38,480 bases of DNA from Thraustochytrium aureum (lineage: Eukaryota). The translations under genes were made by a program, and so were the position numbers. The stretch covers positions 1 to 38,480 of the forward strand of contig BLSG01000254.1 of NCBI GenBank assembly GCA_012862495.1. The letters are read 5' to 3'. A model generated the notes under the pieces. The model was not told the DNA's origin, searched no databases, and was given only the letters and a program-made list of their open reading frames with translations. Positions 21,396-32,700 of the stretch are shown piece after piece; the first letter of the stretch is position 1; the number at the start of each line of letters is the position of its first letter.

Positions 21396-22517
21396 ATGGA
21401 GGCGTACGTGCAAGTGGTGCGCGACGCGCTCAGAGACGCCAACAGGAGGTACAAGGTGCCCGCGAGCGTGTTTGAAGGGTTTGAGCAGAGCGTCGTGGCG
21501 AAGCTGGCAATGTGCGGACGCGCGAGGCGAGAGCATGCGGCCGCCATGGTCCAGCCTGTCGACAGGGAGCTCGTGCAGGAGCTCGCCACGTTGGAAGACC
21601 GCGTGCAGCGGCTGTCGGCGGAGCTGGCCGAGCGCCGCGCCAAGGTACCCGACACGGTTGTGTCTGGGCTGCAGTCCGCGTGGGCGCACGTGGATCGGAC
21701 TGCGCCGATTCCCGTCGCGACTGTATCGGGCGACACGCAGCTGGTGACGGCGGACCCGCAAGACCTCGCAACGCTGCGGGCGCTCCTGGACGAGCACCAA
21801 GCGCTCGTGAAGCACCTCGGCGCCGAGGTACCAAGCGCGCTGGCTACACTGCAGGAAACAGTCGAGACGGTCCAGTCCGGGCGCCTCGCGCACCAGAGCG
21901 AGGTTGAAAAGGCTCTGGCGAGCGTAGAGGAGCCAGTCGGGCCCGTCGAAGAGGCCCGCGGCTCGCGCATTGCCCTCCCGGACCTCCCGCGCCAGTACCA
22001 GCTTGCCACAAACATTGCTCGCCGCCTTGCAGGCAAGCGGCCCCTCGACCGCAGCGCAGAGCCGGCGCCCGCGATCGACGAGGTCGCGCCCCTCCCCAAG
22101 CGCGCCAGGGAGTCACCGCCGCCAGCCGGAGAGATGGCCCCAGACAAGGGCGAGAGCCCGACGGACTGCGTTGGGCAGTCCGTCGTCGAGGCGCGCCCCG
22201 TCTTGCAAGAGAAAGAGGCGCCCAGACAGGCGACCGCCGACGCCGGCAGCGACGCAACTGCCCCGGCCGCGGGGCAGACGAGCAAGGCAGCTTCGACTCC
22301 AGCCAAGCAAAAACTTGCGGTGGTGGTCCGCGAAACCAGGGACGGCGATACCGCTTCGACTCCGCTCAGCCGCTCCGGCTCCAAGGCAACCTCTTCTGGC
22401 GGACTCGTTGCAGCGTCGACACCGCGGCGCAAGCCGTCGGCCAAGGCCAAAACCCCGCGCTCGGGCCGCAAGGTCGCGCAGGCCCCAGGGTCCGCGCGGA
22501 AAGGCCTCCGTGTGTAG
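21396..22517 (+). CDS. Putative kinetochore Mis12-complex subunit Nsl1/Mis14-like protein with disordered basic tail
   Basis: VQPVDRELVQELATLEDRVQRLSAELAERRAKVP resembles the Mis14 core pattern (EPxD..L...+..LE..V..L...+A..RR.VP). The tail has S/T-P-x-K/R-type sites. Confidence 0.6.
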   Translation: MEAYVQVVRDALRDANRRYKVPASVFEGFEQSVVAKLAMCGRARREHAAAMVQPVDRELVQELATLEDRVQRLSAELAERRAKVPDTVVSGLQSAWAHVDRTAPIPVATVSGDTQLVTADPQDLATLRALLDEHQALVKHLGAEVPSALATLQETVETVQSGRLAHQSEVEKALASVEEPVGPVEEARGSRIALPDLPRQYQLATNIARRLAGKRPLDRSAEPAPAIDEVAPLPKRARESPPPAGEMAPDKGESPTDCVGQSVVEARPVLQEKEAPRQATADAGSDATAPAAGQTSKAASTPAKQKLAVVVRETRDGDTASTPLSRSGSKATSSGGLVAASTPRRKPSAKAKTPRSGRKVAQAPGSARKGLRV

Positions 22518-23153
22518 TTAGGTCTCGGCGTGCGTATCCACATCAGCAAACAGACGATCTGGCAGCGCATTGGCGGCCGCCTGCCCCGCGCAACTGCACC
22601 GACTTGACTGAAACCTTCTTGAAACACATAGACTCTGACGCCTGTCCCGCTGGTGCGGCGCCCCTACGCCAGCGAAAAACAGAATTTTTCTCTTGAGACC
22701 ATGCAGGAGGCCGAGCGAGAGACAGGGCACTAGAGCTTCGCTTTCCGCCCTCTTGGTGCTCCATGGCGTCCAAGTTGGTGGGGTACGACACAACCGGTAT
22801 CTCCCGATTGTTTGTCTTTCGATGAGACGCTCGCTGCCTGACCTCGAGCAGCAACAACTGGGGCGCCTCGCTTCGCCTCTGACACAAAACGCTGGGGATG
22901 GCCCAGGCCAGCGACATGGCGGCTGGAAGCCTGTAGCGAATCAAGGTACCAAGATCCCGCATGACTGCTGGCTTGCTCAACTCCGCGTGATTGGTGCGGT
23001 CTTGACCAGCAAGCTCTTGTCACCCGGGGGGAAACGGGAAAGGGTTGAAAGTAAGAATCTCCTATCGAATGTATGGCACCCCCCAAAAGCCTCGCTGGCC
23101 GCTTCGCAAGCAGCAGAGCTGCCAGGAAACCCTCGGTTGTGCGCGCGCTCTGC

Positions 23154-23757
23154 TCAGCCAAGCTGCCGCATAAACTCGTGCGCCACAATGCGCGCCCGGG
23201 TGTTGACGGCGAGCTTCATCCCGTTGATCTCGCGGTCCACGTCCTCCATGAACTGGATGACAAAGTCGACCAGCTTGTGCTTCCAGAGGTCCTCAAGGTG
23301 CTTGTGCGTAATGAGAAAGCTCAGGTCGTATCCCTTGACGGGCTTGCGCCGCAGGATGACAAACTGCTCGGCGCGCTGCATCAGAAAGCGCGAGAACTTG
23401 TGCGTGAGGATCTCCTCGATCTCATCCGCCTGCTTGATGCAGATGCTGACGCGCACGGAGTTGATCGAAGGCTCGATCTCGCACCTTTCGTTCTCGTTGC
23501 GCGAAATGACGATGGGCTGCAGCAGCAGCTCGCGGCTCGCGCGCACCTCCACCTCCGGCTTGTTGTGCCGCTCCACCACTTGAGACGGAAAGTTTCGCAG
23601 GCACATGGCCGCGGTCAGGGTCGTCCTGATGCAGTCAAGGTACGGCTTGAGCGTGTTCGCCTGCGCGAGGTCCCGGCCAGTTCACCCCGTCAGCCTCCGC
23701 CACCCGGCGACCGGCCGCCTCCCCGTGATCCTCGCCGCGGCGTGCCCAACTTACCAT
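23154..23757 (-). CDS. ARPC4: Arp2/3 complex subunit 4 (p20); exons 23755-23757 and 23154-23660, 169 aa
   Basis: [39 protein letters not shown]...[12 protein letters not shown]...[17 protein letters not shown]...[10 protein letters not shown] is highly conserved. Confidence 0.96.
23661..23754 (-). other. 94-nt spliceosomal intron in ARPC4
   Basis: ATG|GTAAGT donor, GCTGAC branch-like motif and CGCAG|GCG acceptor. Splicing restores the expected N-terminus. Confidence 0.9.
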
Positions 23758-25026
23758 TTCCCCTCCTACGCTCGCCTCGGCCGCGCGCGCTCGCTCCTCG
23801 GTGCAGCCGCCGCCCGCCCCCGCTCTCGCGCGTCCCCGGCCTCCTCGCTGCCGCGCGCAGCGAGCAAGCACGCGAGCGAGGAAACACTTAGCGAGCGAGC
23901 GAGCGATCGAGCGAGCTAGCGAGCGAGAGAGCAGCGGGACCGTACGAGCCTGTGCCTGCGCGCTGCCACCCCCGGTGCCTGCGCGCTCTGCCGCTGCGGT
24001 TGCTCCTGCAGCTGCTCGTGCTGCTTCTTCCCCCCTTGTCCAGTGCATGTACACCCCTTGCGCTCCTCTCAGTCAGATCACGGAATAATACTACACTGTG
24101 CGAAAGGCGCTCCGCCATACAAAGCTGCTATTAGGTTTATGCGGTAGGCAGCGCTAAGAGTCGCGTTTGCCCCCCACAGCGGGCGGTACCCCCCGCTTAG
24201 AGTGCGGCTGGCTTTGCCCTCACATGCAAGGCCGAGCGGATGTGAGGGCAGGGAAGGGTTTTGCCGCTTTTGCGCAGTATCTTTCATGGGTGGAGGCCCG
24301 GGAGAGGGAGTGGGAGGTGTGCGCTAGCAGCGGAAGAAGTGCAGTGTGCACCCTCAAGAGATGGCCGTCTCTTGAAACTCGCGCCGCTCTTGAATNNNNN
24401 NNNNNNNNNNNNNNNNNNNNNNNNNNNNNNNNNNNNNNNNNNNNNNNNNNNNNNNNNNNNNNNNNNNNNNNNNNNNNNNNNNNNNNNNNNNNNNNNNNNN
24501 NNNNNNNNNNNNNNNNNNNNNNNNNNNNNNNNNNNNNNNNNNNNNNNNNNNNNNNNNNNNNNNNNNNNNNNNNNNNNNNNNNNNNNNNNNNNNNNNNNNN
24601 NNNNNNNNNNNNNNNNNNNNNNNNNNNNNNNNNNNNNNNNNNNNNNNNNNNNNNNNNNNNNNNNNNNNNNNNNNNNNNNNNNNNNNNNNNNNNNNNNNNN
24701 NNNNNNNNNNNNNNNNNNNNNNNNNNNNNNNNNNNNNNNNNNNNNNNNNNNNNNNNNNNNNNNNNNNNNNNNNNNNNNNNNNNNNNNNNNNNNNNNNNNN
24801 NNNNNNNNNNNNNNNNNNNNNNNNNNNNNNNNNNNNNNNNNNNNNNNNNNNNNNNNNNNNNNNNNNNNNNNNNNNNNNNNNNNNNNNNNNNNNNNNNNNN
24901 NNNNNNNNNNNNNNNNNNNNNNNNNNNNNNNNNNNNNNNNNNNNNNNNNNNNNNNNNNNNNNNNNNNNNNNNNNNNNNNNNNNNNNNNNNNNNNNNNNNN
25001 NNNNNNNNNNNNNNNNNNNNNNNNNN

Positions 25027-25533
25027 GTATATTCGTCAGTTCGACCTGCCCGACCTCAGCCCAAACATCGGGCTTTGGTGGTACTTTTTCATTGAGATGT
25101 TCGCCGAGTCTCGCGCCTTTTTCCTGCACGTTCTTCGCCTCGCGCCGCTCTTGTACGTGCTGCCGCTGTGCGTCACGTTCCGCCGCCGGCCGCAAATGCT
25201 CGGCCACCTTTGCTTGCGATCTACCAGCTGTACCGGCCTTATCCAGAGCTCTCGGGTGTTGGGCTAATCGCGACGCTGATCGCCATGCACCCTCTTACGC
25301 TCAAGCGGATGCCGGCAGTACTGGCATACTCGTGCGGCGTTGTCGCGACGACGTGCTTGCTGCCGGTTATGCGCCACATGTGGCTCACCGTGGGCTCCGG
25401 CAACGCGAACTACTACTACTTTCAGACTCTGATTCTGCAATTTTGCCTCTGCAACATCGTGGGCTCGTTTGCGAGGGCGGGCCTCTATCGTGAAAAGCAT
25501 TTGCGGGCCTTTCGCAAGCTCGGTGCTCCCTGA
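25027..25533 (+). CDS. PIGU: GPI transamidase subunit PIG-U/Gab1, 3' part (5' part in gap; frameshift near 25210)
   Basis: Signature motifs LPDLSPNIGLWWYFFIEMF, YRPYP and MWLTVGSGNANYYY; TGA at 25531-25533. Confidence 0.9.
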
Positions 25534-26081
25534 CCTGATCACCTGGCTGAATCATGGGCCTTCTTCCCCTGCGCCGATGCTTGTTCGGCCAATGGCGAGG
25601 ATGACGGTGCAGGCTTGCGCTTGGTACTTTTGAGCGCACCGATACTCAACTGGGCTCCGAGTCGGCGGTCATCGGCATGTCGATGTTGCATGGCACACAA
25701 CGCGAATTTCCTCCCTCTTCCTCCCTGTGCTGTGGATCCGTCCGCCACTGCAAGTTCACGACTCGGCTTTGCGCAACATCGCAAGCACTCCATACAACGA
25801 GAGAGGTCGTTGCTGCTGCTGCGTATCGCCACGCGGCTTGGGCATGGTAGACTAGTCCGGCAGCCAGGCCTGCCGCGTTTTGGAACAAATCGCCTTCCAT
25901 CTTGCTGCCCCAGACTTGTCGACCAGCTCGACGGCTACCATGCGAGAAGTGAGTCCGGCAAGCGAGCGAGCGAACGAAAGCGCGGTCGCCGAGTCGCACT
26001 GGCTCAAACGACCGTTCCATCGAGGAGCTCTGTCGTCCGCCGCGCCGGCTCTCCCGCCCAGGTCCCGTCTCCGAACAGAGC

Positions 26082-26100
26082 ACAACAACAACAACAACAA
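26082..26100 (+). repeat. (ACA)n microsatellite
   Basis: acaacaacaacaacaacaa. Confidence 0.8.
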
Positions 26101-27476
26101 GTTGTCGCAGACTTGAGCGGATAGAGCCGTCGCGCGGGCTCGCACACTCTCTTGTTGACACGGGAGCGGCGGACGGCCCAATCAGCGCGGATGCTGTGGA
26201 AGCTTGTTGGTAACTTCTCCTTGTCGAGAGGTGGACATGCACGCGAAGGCGGTTTCCGCCCGTGGTGACCCTATGCATCCTCTGACCTTGCAAAAGGCAG
26301 CCTTCCGTTTCGACATCACTTGTCGTCGGTCGCCAGGCGCGATAAAATAACCCACGTGCTAACGGGAGGCATTTGACTCGGTAGCCTTGGCAGTTGCGCC
26401 GGAGAGCGGCACCCCGGCGCAAGGCCATCCCTAGACAGACCCGGTATGTCCGTTGAGACATCGTTGGCATTTGCACGGTGCCCCTTCGCTGCGCAGCCCC
26501 TCCTGCCGAGTGGCAAAGAAGCGCCTGGTGTGCAGGGGTAGCAGGCACGACTCGAGCCTACGCAGCCAACGAGCAAAATTGTTCTTGCCCGCCTGCGTTT
26601 CACCGTCTTCGCAGCGAGGCCTCCGAGAGTGCACCAAACATCGTTGCTTGGCGCGCGGCTACCCGTGAAAACTGCCGCTGCGCCGTGCTAAGAACAGAGG
26701 CAAGTGTCCGTTCCACTCTGTCAGGGGCGCCCCTTACAAAGTCACTTCGGAGAATGACGGGCAGGCGGCCAAGCGAGCGAGAGAGCGAGCCGGCCCACCA
26801 ACGTACTCGCGACCAGAAATAATCGCAACCAACCGAGCGGCCGCTTCTTGTTCGTTGAGCGCTCCCGCGGAGGCAGGCTTGCCCATCTAAAACACGCTGC
26901 GCGGCCGAGTGCCGTCCTACGCACTGTCTCTCTATGTTGGCGAAGCGCTGAGAGAGCCAAGCGCGGATGGCAAGCAACTTTTCGTCGCTAGGCCAGGTGG
27001 TTTTGGCCAGGTCCAACTCGTCGTGAGGCAGGCGTGCTCGTCGTGGCAGCAACATCGAGTCGCTGCAAGGCTTTTACCCACCTCTCTGCAGAGTGAATCG
27101 CATTATCACAGCACCTAGTCATCCTTTCTCCTGCGCCGCTCCTCCTCCTCCTCCTCGACCAAGCCTCCTCATTGCAGCTCAGCTCAACGCACCAGATAGC
27201 CAGTGCCAGAGGACGCGTTGACGCGCGGCAGACAGGGGCGGGGCAACACGAGGGCGCGGTCTTCGGCGACGCTGTCGAGGTCCGAACGCCCTGCCACAGC
27301 CTCGCACGAGCCTGCAAGTGGCCAGCTCGGAGGTGCTTGCTCAGGCGCAAACGCCTCGAGTTGGCGACCACAGCCGCCGCGCGCCAGAGCCTGACAGGGC
27401 GGCGGCCAAGCCGGCCTTGCCCAGAGCTCGGACTACCCGGCCTGGACGAAACCAAGCAGGGAGAGGTTGAGCTATC

Positions 27477-28610
27477 ATGGGCAACTGCGCGGGCAGCGCA
27501 GACGCCGCCGGTGCAAGGCAGCAGCGGCTCGCCAAAGCCCACAACGACGCTGTGGATGCGCAGATCGCCGCCGAAGTGGAAAAGGAGCGCAGCGTGGTGA
27601 AGATCCTTCTCCTCGGCACAGGCAACAGCGGCAAGAGCACCATTCTCAAGCAGTTTAAATTTTTGCACACTGAGCAAGGCCTCGGGGAGGCAGCCTCGCA
27701 CAAACATGTCATCTCGCTCAACGTCCTCCGCGGCATTGCCGTCGTGAGCCAGGGTGTGAGCGACCTCGAGGAAATCACGACGCCCATGCTGCCGCGTTCG
27801 CAAAAGATTATCGACGCGCTCAAGGACGTGGGGTCGCGCCTCAATATTTGGAACGAGCTAGAGGTGGACGGCAAAAGCGAGCAAGTAGCACTCCTATGCA
27901 AACAAGTCTGGGCAGACCCCGCTGTGCAGGAGGTCATGCAGTTCGAGGGCAAGCTCTCCATGCTCGAGGTCCCTATCGTTTATTTCATGGAGCACATCGA
28001 TCGCATCGCAGACAGTGCATACGTTCCCAGCACGGACGACATCCTCCAGGCTCGCGCGCGAACAAGCGGCGTAGTCAAGATTGAATTCACGCTCGACAAT
28101 ATCCGGTGCCGCATGCTCGATGTCGGCGGCCAGCGGAACGAGCGGAAAAAGTGGATCAGCCATTTCGACAATGTCACGGCCATCATGTTCCTCGTCTCTC
28201 TCTCCGAGTACGACAAGTTTTTGCTCGAAGACTCGACTGTGAATCGCATGCATGACGCGATGGCCGTGTTTGAGGACATTGTGGTCTGCCCATACTTTGA
28301 GCAGACCAACATCATTCTCTTCCTCAACAAGAAGGATCTTTTTGAGGAGAAGATCAAAAAGGTCGACCTCACCGTGTGCTTTCCTGACTACACTGGGGAT
28401 TCCGACTACAACGAGGCTGTTGACTTTGTGCAGGAAAAGTTTGTCAGCATCTTTCGCGTCGCAAAAGAGTCGCAGAGCGTCGACTCGATGGCCAGCGACA
28501 TCTACCCCTTCCAAACGATGGCGACCAACACCAACAACGTTCGAACGGTCTTCAACATGTGCAAGCACATCATCTTCAAGAGCAATCTGGCAAGCACTGG
28601 AATGCTTTGA
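27477..28610 (+). CDS. Heterotrimeric G-protein alpha subunit
   Basis: MGNC lipidation motif, KILLLGTGNSGKSTILKQ, DDILQARARTSG, DVGGQRNERKKW, IILFLNKKDLF and TMATNT; 377 aa, intronless. Confidence 0.97.
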   Translation: MGNCAGSADAAGARQQRLAKAHNDAVDAQIAAEVEKERSVVKILLLGTGNSGKSTILKQFKFLHTEQGLGEAASHKHVISLNVLRGIAVVSQGVSDLEEITTPMLPRSQKIIDALKDVGSRLNIWNELEVDGKSEQVALLCKQVWADPAVQEVMQFEGKLSMLEVPIVYFMEHIDRIADSAYVPSTDDILQARARTSGVVKIEFTLDNIRCRMLDVGGQRNERKKWISHFDNVTAIMFLVSLSEYDKFLLEDSTVNRMHDAMAVFEDIVVCPYFEQTNIILFLNKKDLFEEKIKKVDLTVCFPDYTGDSDYNEAVDFVQEKFVSIFRVAKESQSVDSMASDIYPFQTMATNTNNVRTVFNMCKHIIFKSNLASTGML

Positions 28611-29752
28611 GCGCGCGCCTGGCGACCCCTACAAAGTTTTGCTCCTGCTTCTGTTTGTTGCTTGACCCTGGAGCTTCACGCTTGATTGCTTCAAGCCGAT
28701 GATGCTCGTGTTCGAATGCCTGAAAGCTCTCCTCGTGCCGCGAGGCGATCTGCGAGCGAGGCGATTGTTCCCACGGGTATTGGGACTCGGCACGTGGCCG
28801 CCGATGACCTCTCGTACGATTGGGCTGCACAAGTTCCAGCAATCTTCGCGCGCTCTCAGCCAACTGGCCAGCGCCGAGAGAGGCCAGCGCCGAGAGAGGC
28901 GATCGCCAAACAGCCTGCTTCCTGTGTTTCGTACTCTACCTTACTTACCTACCTCCTACTTTCGATTGAAAACGCTCTTCGCATTCCGTCCCGGGCCGCC
29001 TGAAGTCTACATGCGCTACGAGCTCGAGATGGCCTCGCGCGCTTCTGCCGTTGGCGCAAGACCTCGCCGGGACAGAGCTCGCCGGGCATTGGAACGGAGG
29101 CACGGCTTTCCCTGCGCATGTTGCTTTCCCACAATTTATGAATGAACAGTCTCGTCTTTCATGCTACGAACCGCCCCACGGTGCTCAACTGGCGCCGATG
29201 CGCTCCAGCTCGGCTGCGTGCGCCAGCGCGCTCGCGGTCTCGGTTGAAGGAAACCCCAGCCTGAACCGAGTCGACCGAGTCGAGACGGAGCCTCTGTATG
29301 GCCAGCGAGCCCCGCGGGTCGGGTGCGTGCCATGAAACCTCGCAAGTGGCGCCATCGCAGGTCCAAGCCAGCGGCATTCCCCGCGCCGATGCTCGCGGAG
29401 GCCGACGGCCGGCGCAACGACGAGCAGGACCCGGCGATCTCGAGGCAGCTGTTCTTGTGGGTCCTACTCCGTTCACCTCTGAGACCGACCGTGGACGCCG
29501 ATGTGACCGGTAGCGGTAGCGGCATGGACGTCGTGCTCGACTCGCGGCAGAGCAGACCTGCATTGGACAAAGCATGACGCCGGCCCGCGGCTGCGCTGGC
29601 CAGGCCAGGGAAGGAGCCAAACCGCGGCCAGAGGCTGGACGCCAGATGCAATTCGCCGGTCCTGAGGCAGAGGCGCTCGCTGAAGACGACGCGGTCGTTT
29701 CTTGCCAGCAAGCGGCTTGGGTCGGGCGCAGAAACCGAGGGCAAGGCCAAGA

Positions 29753-32700
29753 ATGCGGCGACGGTCAACGAGCTTAATGGCCGTCGTCGCAATAGTCGCG
29801 GTGGCGGTAGGGCGTCCTGCGGAAGCCGACCTGGTACATAGGGAGTCGTGCACGGGCCGCCTGCGCGTCTGCGCGGATGGGGAAGACCCGTTTCATGGGG
29901 AACAGGCGGCAGGCGTGCAGTATTGCTCCGTCAACAAACTCGAGCGGCCCACCGTAATCCTCACTGGCGGGGGCTGGTGGGGCTCGGTGTACAACATGTG
30001 GCTTGCGCAAATCATTTTGGAAGAGCAGCTTCAGGTTCCGGTGAACTCGAGACCGTCAACGGCGGCTCGTTCCCATATTACACGTTCGAAGACACCGTGC
30101 TCGACTCGCTTGATGGGCGACTCTATTCTTGGGACGCTCTCCACTTGGCCTCGAACGGCTCGATGGACTGCTCGGCAGGGTTTCGGCAGATGTTCGGGTC
30201 CGTTCCGCAAGACCTCCAGGCTGCCGGATGCACGGAGAACTGCGTACCGTGCGCGCACGCCATGCTCGAGGTCTGGCCCGTGGGGCAAGAGCAAAACTAT
30301 GCCACGTACGTCCTGGAGAAGAAGACAGTCGAAGACGGCGGCGCACTTGGCACAATTGGCGAGATGGGCTGGTGGGCCTCGAAGAGCGCGCTGGAAGAAT
30401 TGCCGGTGTTGTCTTCCTTCCGCGGACTCAAGTCGGATCTGCATAGCTCTGCTATTGGCCAGAGCGAACCGCAAGTCCACCCCGCCGCGGTTTTCAAGCG
30501 CCCGCTCACGTTTGGCCAGTTTTGCAACCGCACATATGAGGAGTGGGGCCCGATTGCCGCAACACTTGGGGGGTCGCTCAACATGAAGGCGGAGATAACA
30601 TCTCACTTTTGCCACCACTTTTTCCAATACGCCATGTTTCGCGAGTTTCCCGAGGGCGAGCCAACCCGCAGCAGCGCCGCGATGACGCTTTTCTACGAGC
30701 AGCGTTGGGAAATGCTCCAACGTTGCACCATTGGTGAGGGCACCTTCGGAATGCAGTTTTACAAGCTCTGCCCGCGTTTTTGGGTCACGGCGGAGGAGCT
30801 GGACGAGTTTCTGCAGCCCGCCGCAGGGGCGCTCAACCGCGCTGGCTACCCGCCAGACGTGCGTTTCCTCTTTCCCGGCTCCTTTGTGAGAGACGATGCC
30901 GACGGAGACCTGGCGATCCTGCAAATGCGCACCTGCCATGGCGACCCGGCTGTGGAAGCTTCGCCTGGCGCGGTCCCGTTCACAGCATGGAACGAGACGA
31001 ATGGGTTCGGCCGGGACGGGTATGCAAGATTCCAAAACGTTGACGTTGACATCATCAACACGCATGCTCTACACGTGCATCCAATCAGCATGAGCAGTGA
31101 CTCGCGGAGCGTGCTGGAGCTGTCGGGCCGCCTCATGCTGGACGACCCAAACTCGTCCGCTCCAGTGCTGATGAGCTGGTCCCGCCCGAGCAGCATCTTT
31201 CAGCGCGAACACTACACGCTTGAATTTGAGCCGTGGGGCGGGTACGGCGGCGAGGTTTTCAGGCTGGAAAAGGTCCAGTTGCCAGAGCACAGCTCTGGTT
31301 GCGAGGCCGCGCGCCGAGCATACGAGGACCGGTGCCCGGCCGACCCGGTCGCGGATGCCGCCCATCGCAACCTGAGCGCGCAATGCGGGTACGGCCAGCA
31401 GGTCTTGTACAAGGCGTTTGCTAGCAACCTCAAAGACTACTCGCCCGAGGCGTATCGGCTGCTGCGGCGCTTCTCTGTCTCGCGCGATCACCAAGAGTGG
31501 ATCATGGCAGAGATTGACTACAATGAGTCGGCCTACTCGAGCAACGAGCCAACGAGGACGCGCCAAGTCGTCTGCGAGTGGGTCAGGCGCAACAACGCTA
31601 CTTGGGTCAACTGGCTTCCCTCCACTGCTCATAAAGTGCGCTGCTTGGGCGAGCTGGGCGATCCTTTCGCTCATGAAAACCCAAGCTTCACGCAAGGCGA
31701 TGGCGTGGTCGAGTGCAGCGGGCACGGAGTCTGCGAGTCCAGCGCCGAGCTGCAGCAGCTTCACCCGAATGCTGGCGAGTGCAAGTGTGAGCAAGGGTAC
31801 ACCGGAGACGACTGCTCAGGTCTCGTCGAGCCTGAGCTCCTCAACATCGGGTACAGCGACGTTGAATTCCTCACCATCACGGCGCTGTCCCTGGTCACAA
31901 TGTGGGGCTCCGTTTACTACGTGCGTGTGCTGCGCAGTCACGGGGAGTCTTCCACCGTGTTTCGTACTACGCACCCGATGGCGCTCAACCTCTTCTTGTA
32001 CAGCGCCTGCATGGCGGCGTTCGGGACCATCAGCTGGGTTGGTTCTTGCACTGTCGTGCACTGCATGGCTCGGCCCGTCTTCACGGTCGTTCCGCTCTGC
32101 ACAGTTTGTACGGTCCTCCACGTCAAGCTATCGCGGAAAAAGATGCGTCTTGCAGTGAATTCCGAGGATATCGAGGCAGCGGTGCGTCCTCTCGGATTTC
32201 TCTTTGCAGGGTTCTTCGCGGTCTGGTTTTTGCTCTTCACTCCCGCGTCGCAGGACGTTCGGCTCGAGGACCGCGTCTGGCTCAAGTACTCGACCTGTGA
32301 CTATGGCAGCAAGCGCGCCGCCTTCGAGGCGCTCATCCTGTGCTTTGTGATGTTCCTGCTCATCAGCAACGCACAGCTGGCCTGGGAGGTGCGGCGCAGG
32401 CCAACGTACTTTGACGACGGTGGGGACATGCTACGTACGTGCATTCTACTTCTGCTCCTGGTCCCTGGAGGGATCCTGCTTGCCCACGTCGAGTCCTCGC
32501 CGAACGAACAGGCGAAATACTTGCTCGTCACCACCTTCACGCTGCTTCCCACTTGGGTAGTGCTTGGCGTCCTCGTGCGGCCCAAGTTTCGAATTCACTT
32601 TTACGAACCGGCGCGCAACAACCTCAAGAAGGGGCTCTACCACCCGACGGGCGACCCGGGACTGGCTGTTGGGGATCCAGTGCTCGATGTTCCGCGCGTC

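Noticed and set aside
23952..24395. Leu-rich ORF as the PIG-U N-terminus
   Set aside because: The expected PIG-U N-terminal motifs are not visible and the ORF stops early; the true 5' end is probably in the gap.
25540..27470. Short ORFs between PIG-U and G-alpha (e.g. 25646-26548 minus)
   Set aside because: No codon bias or recognisable motifs; contains simple repeats typical of intergenic DNA.
28700..28730. GTTCGAAT T-loop-like motif as a tRNA
   Set aside because: No cloverleaf stems can be formed around it.
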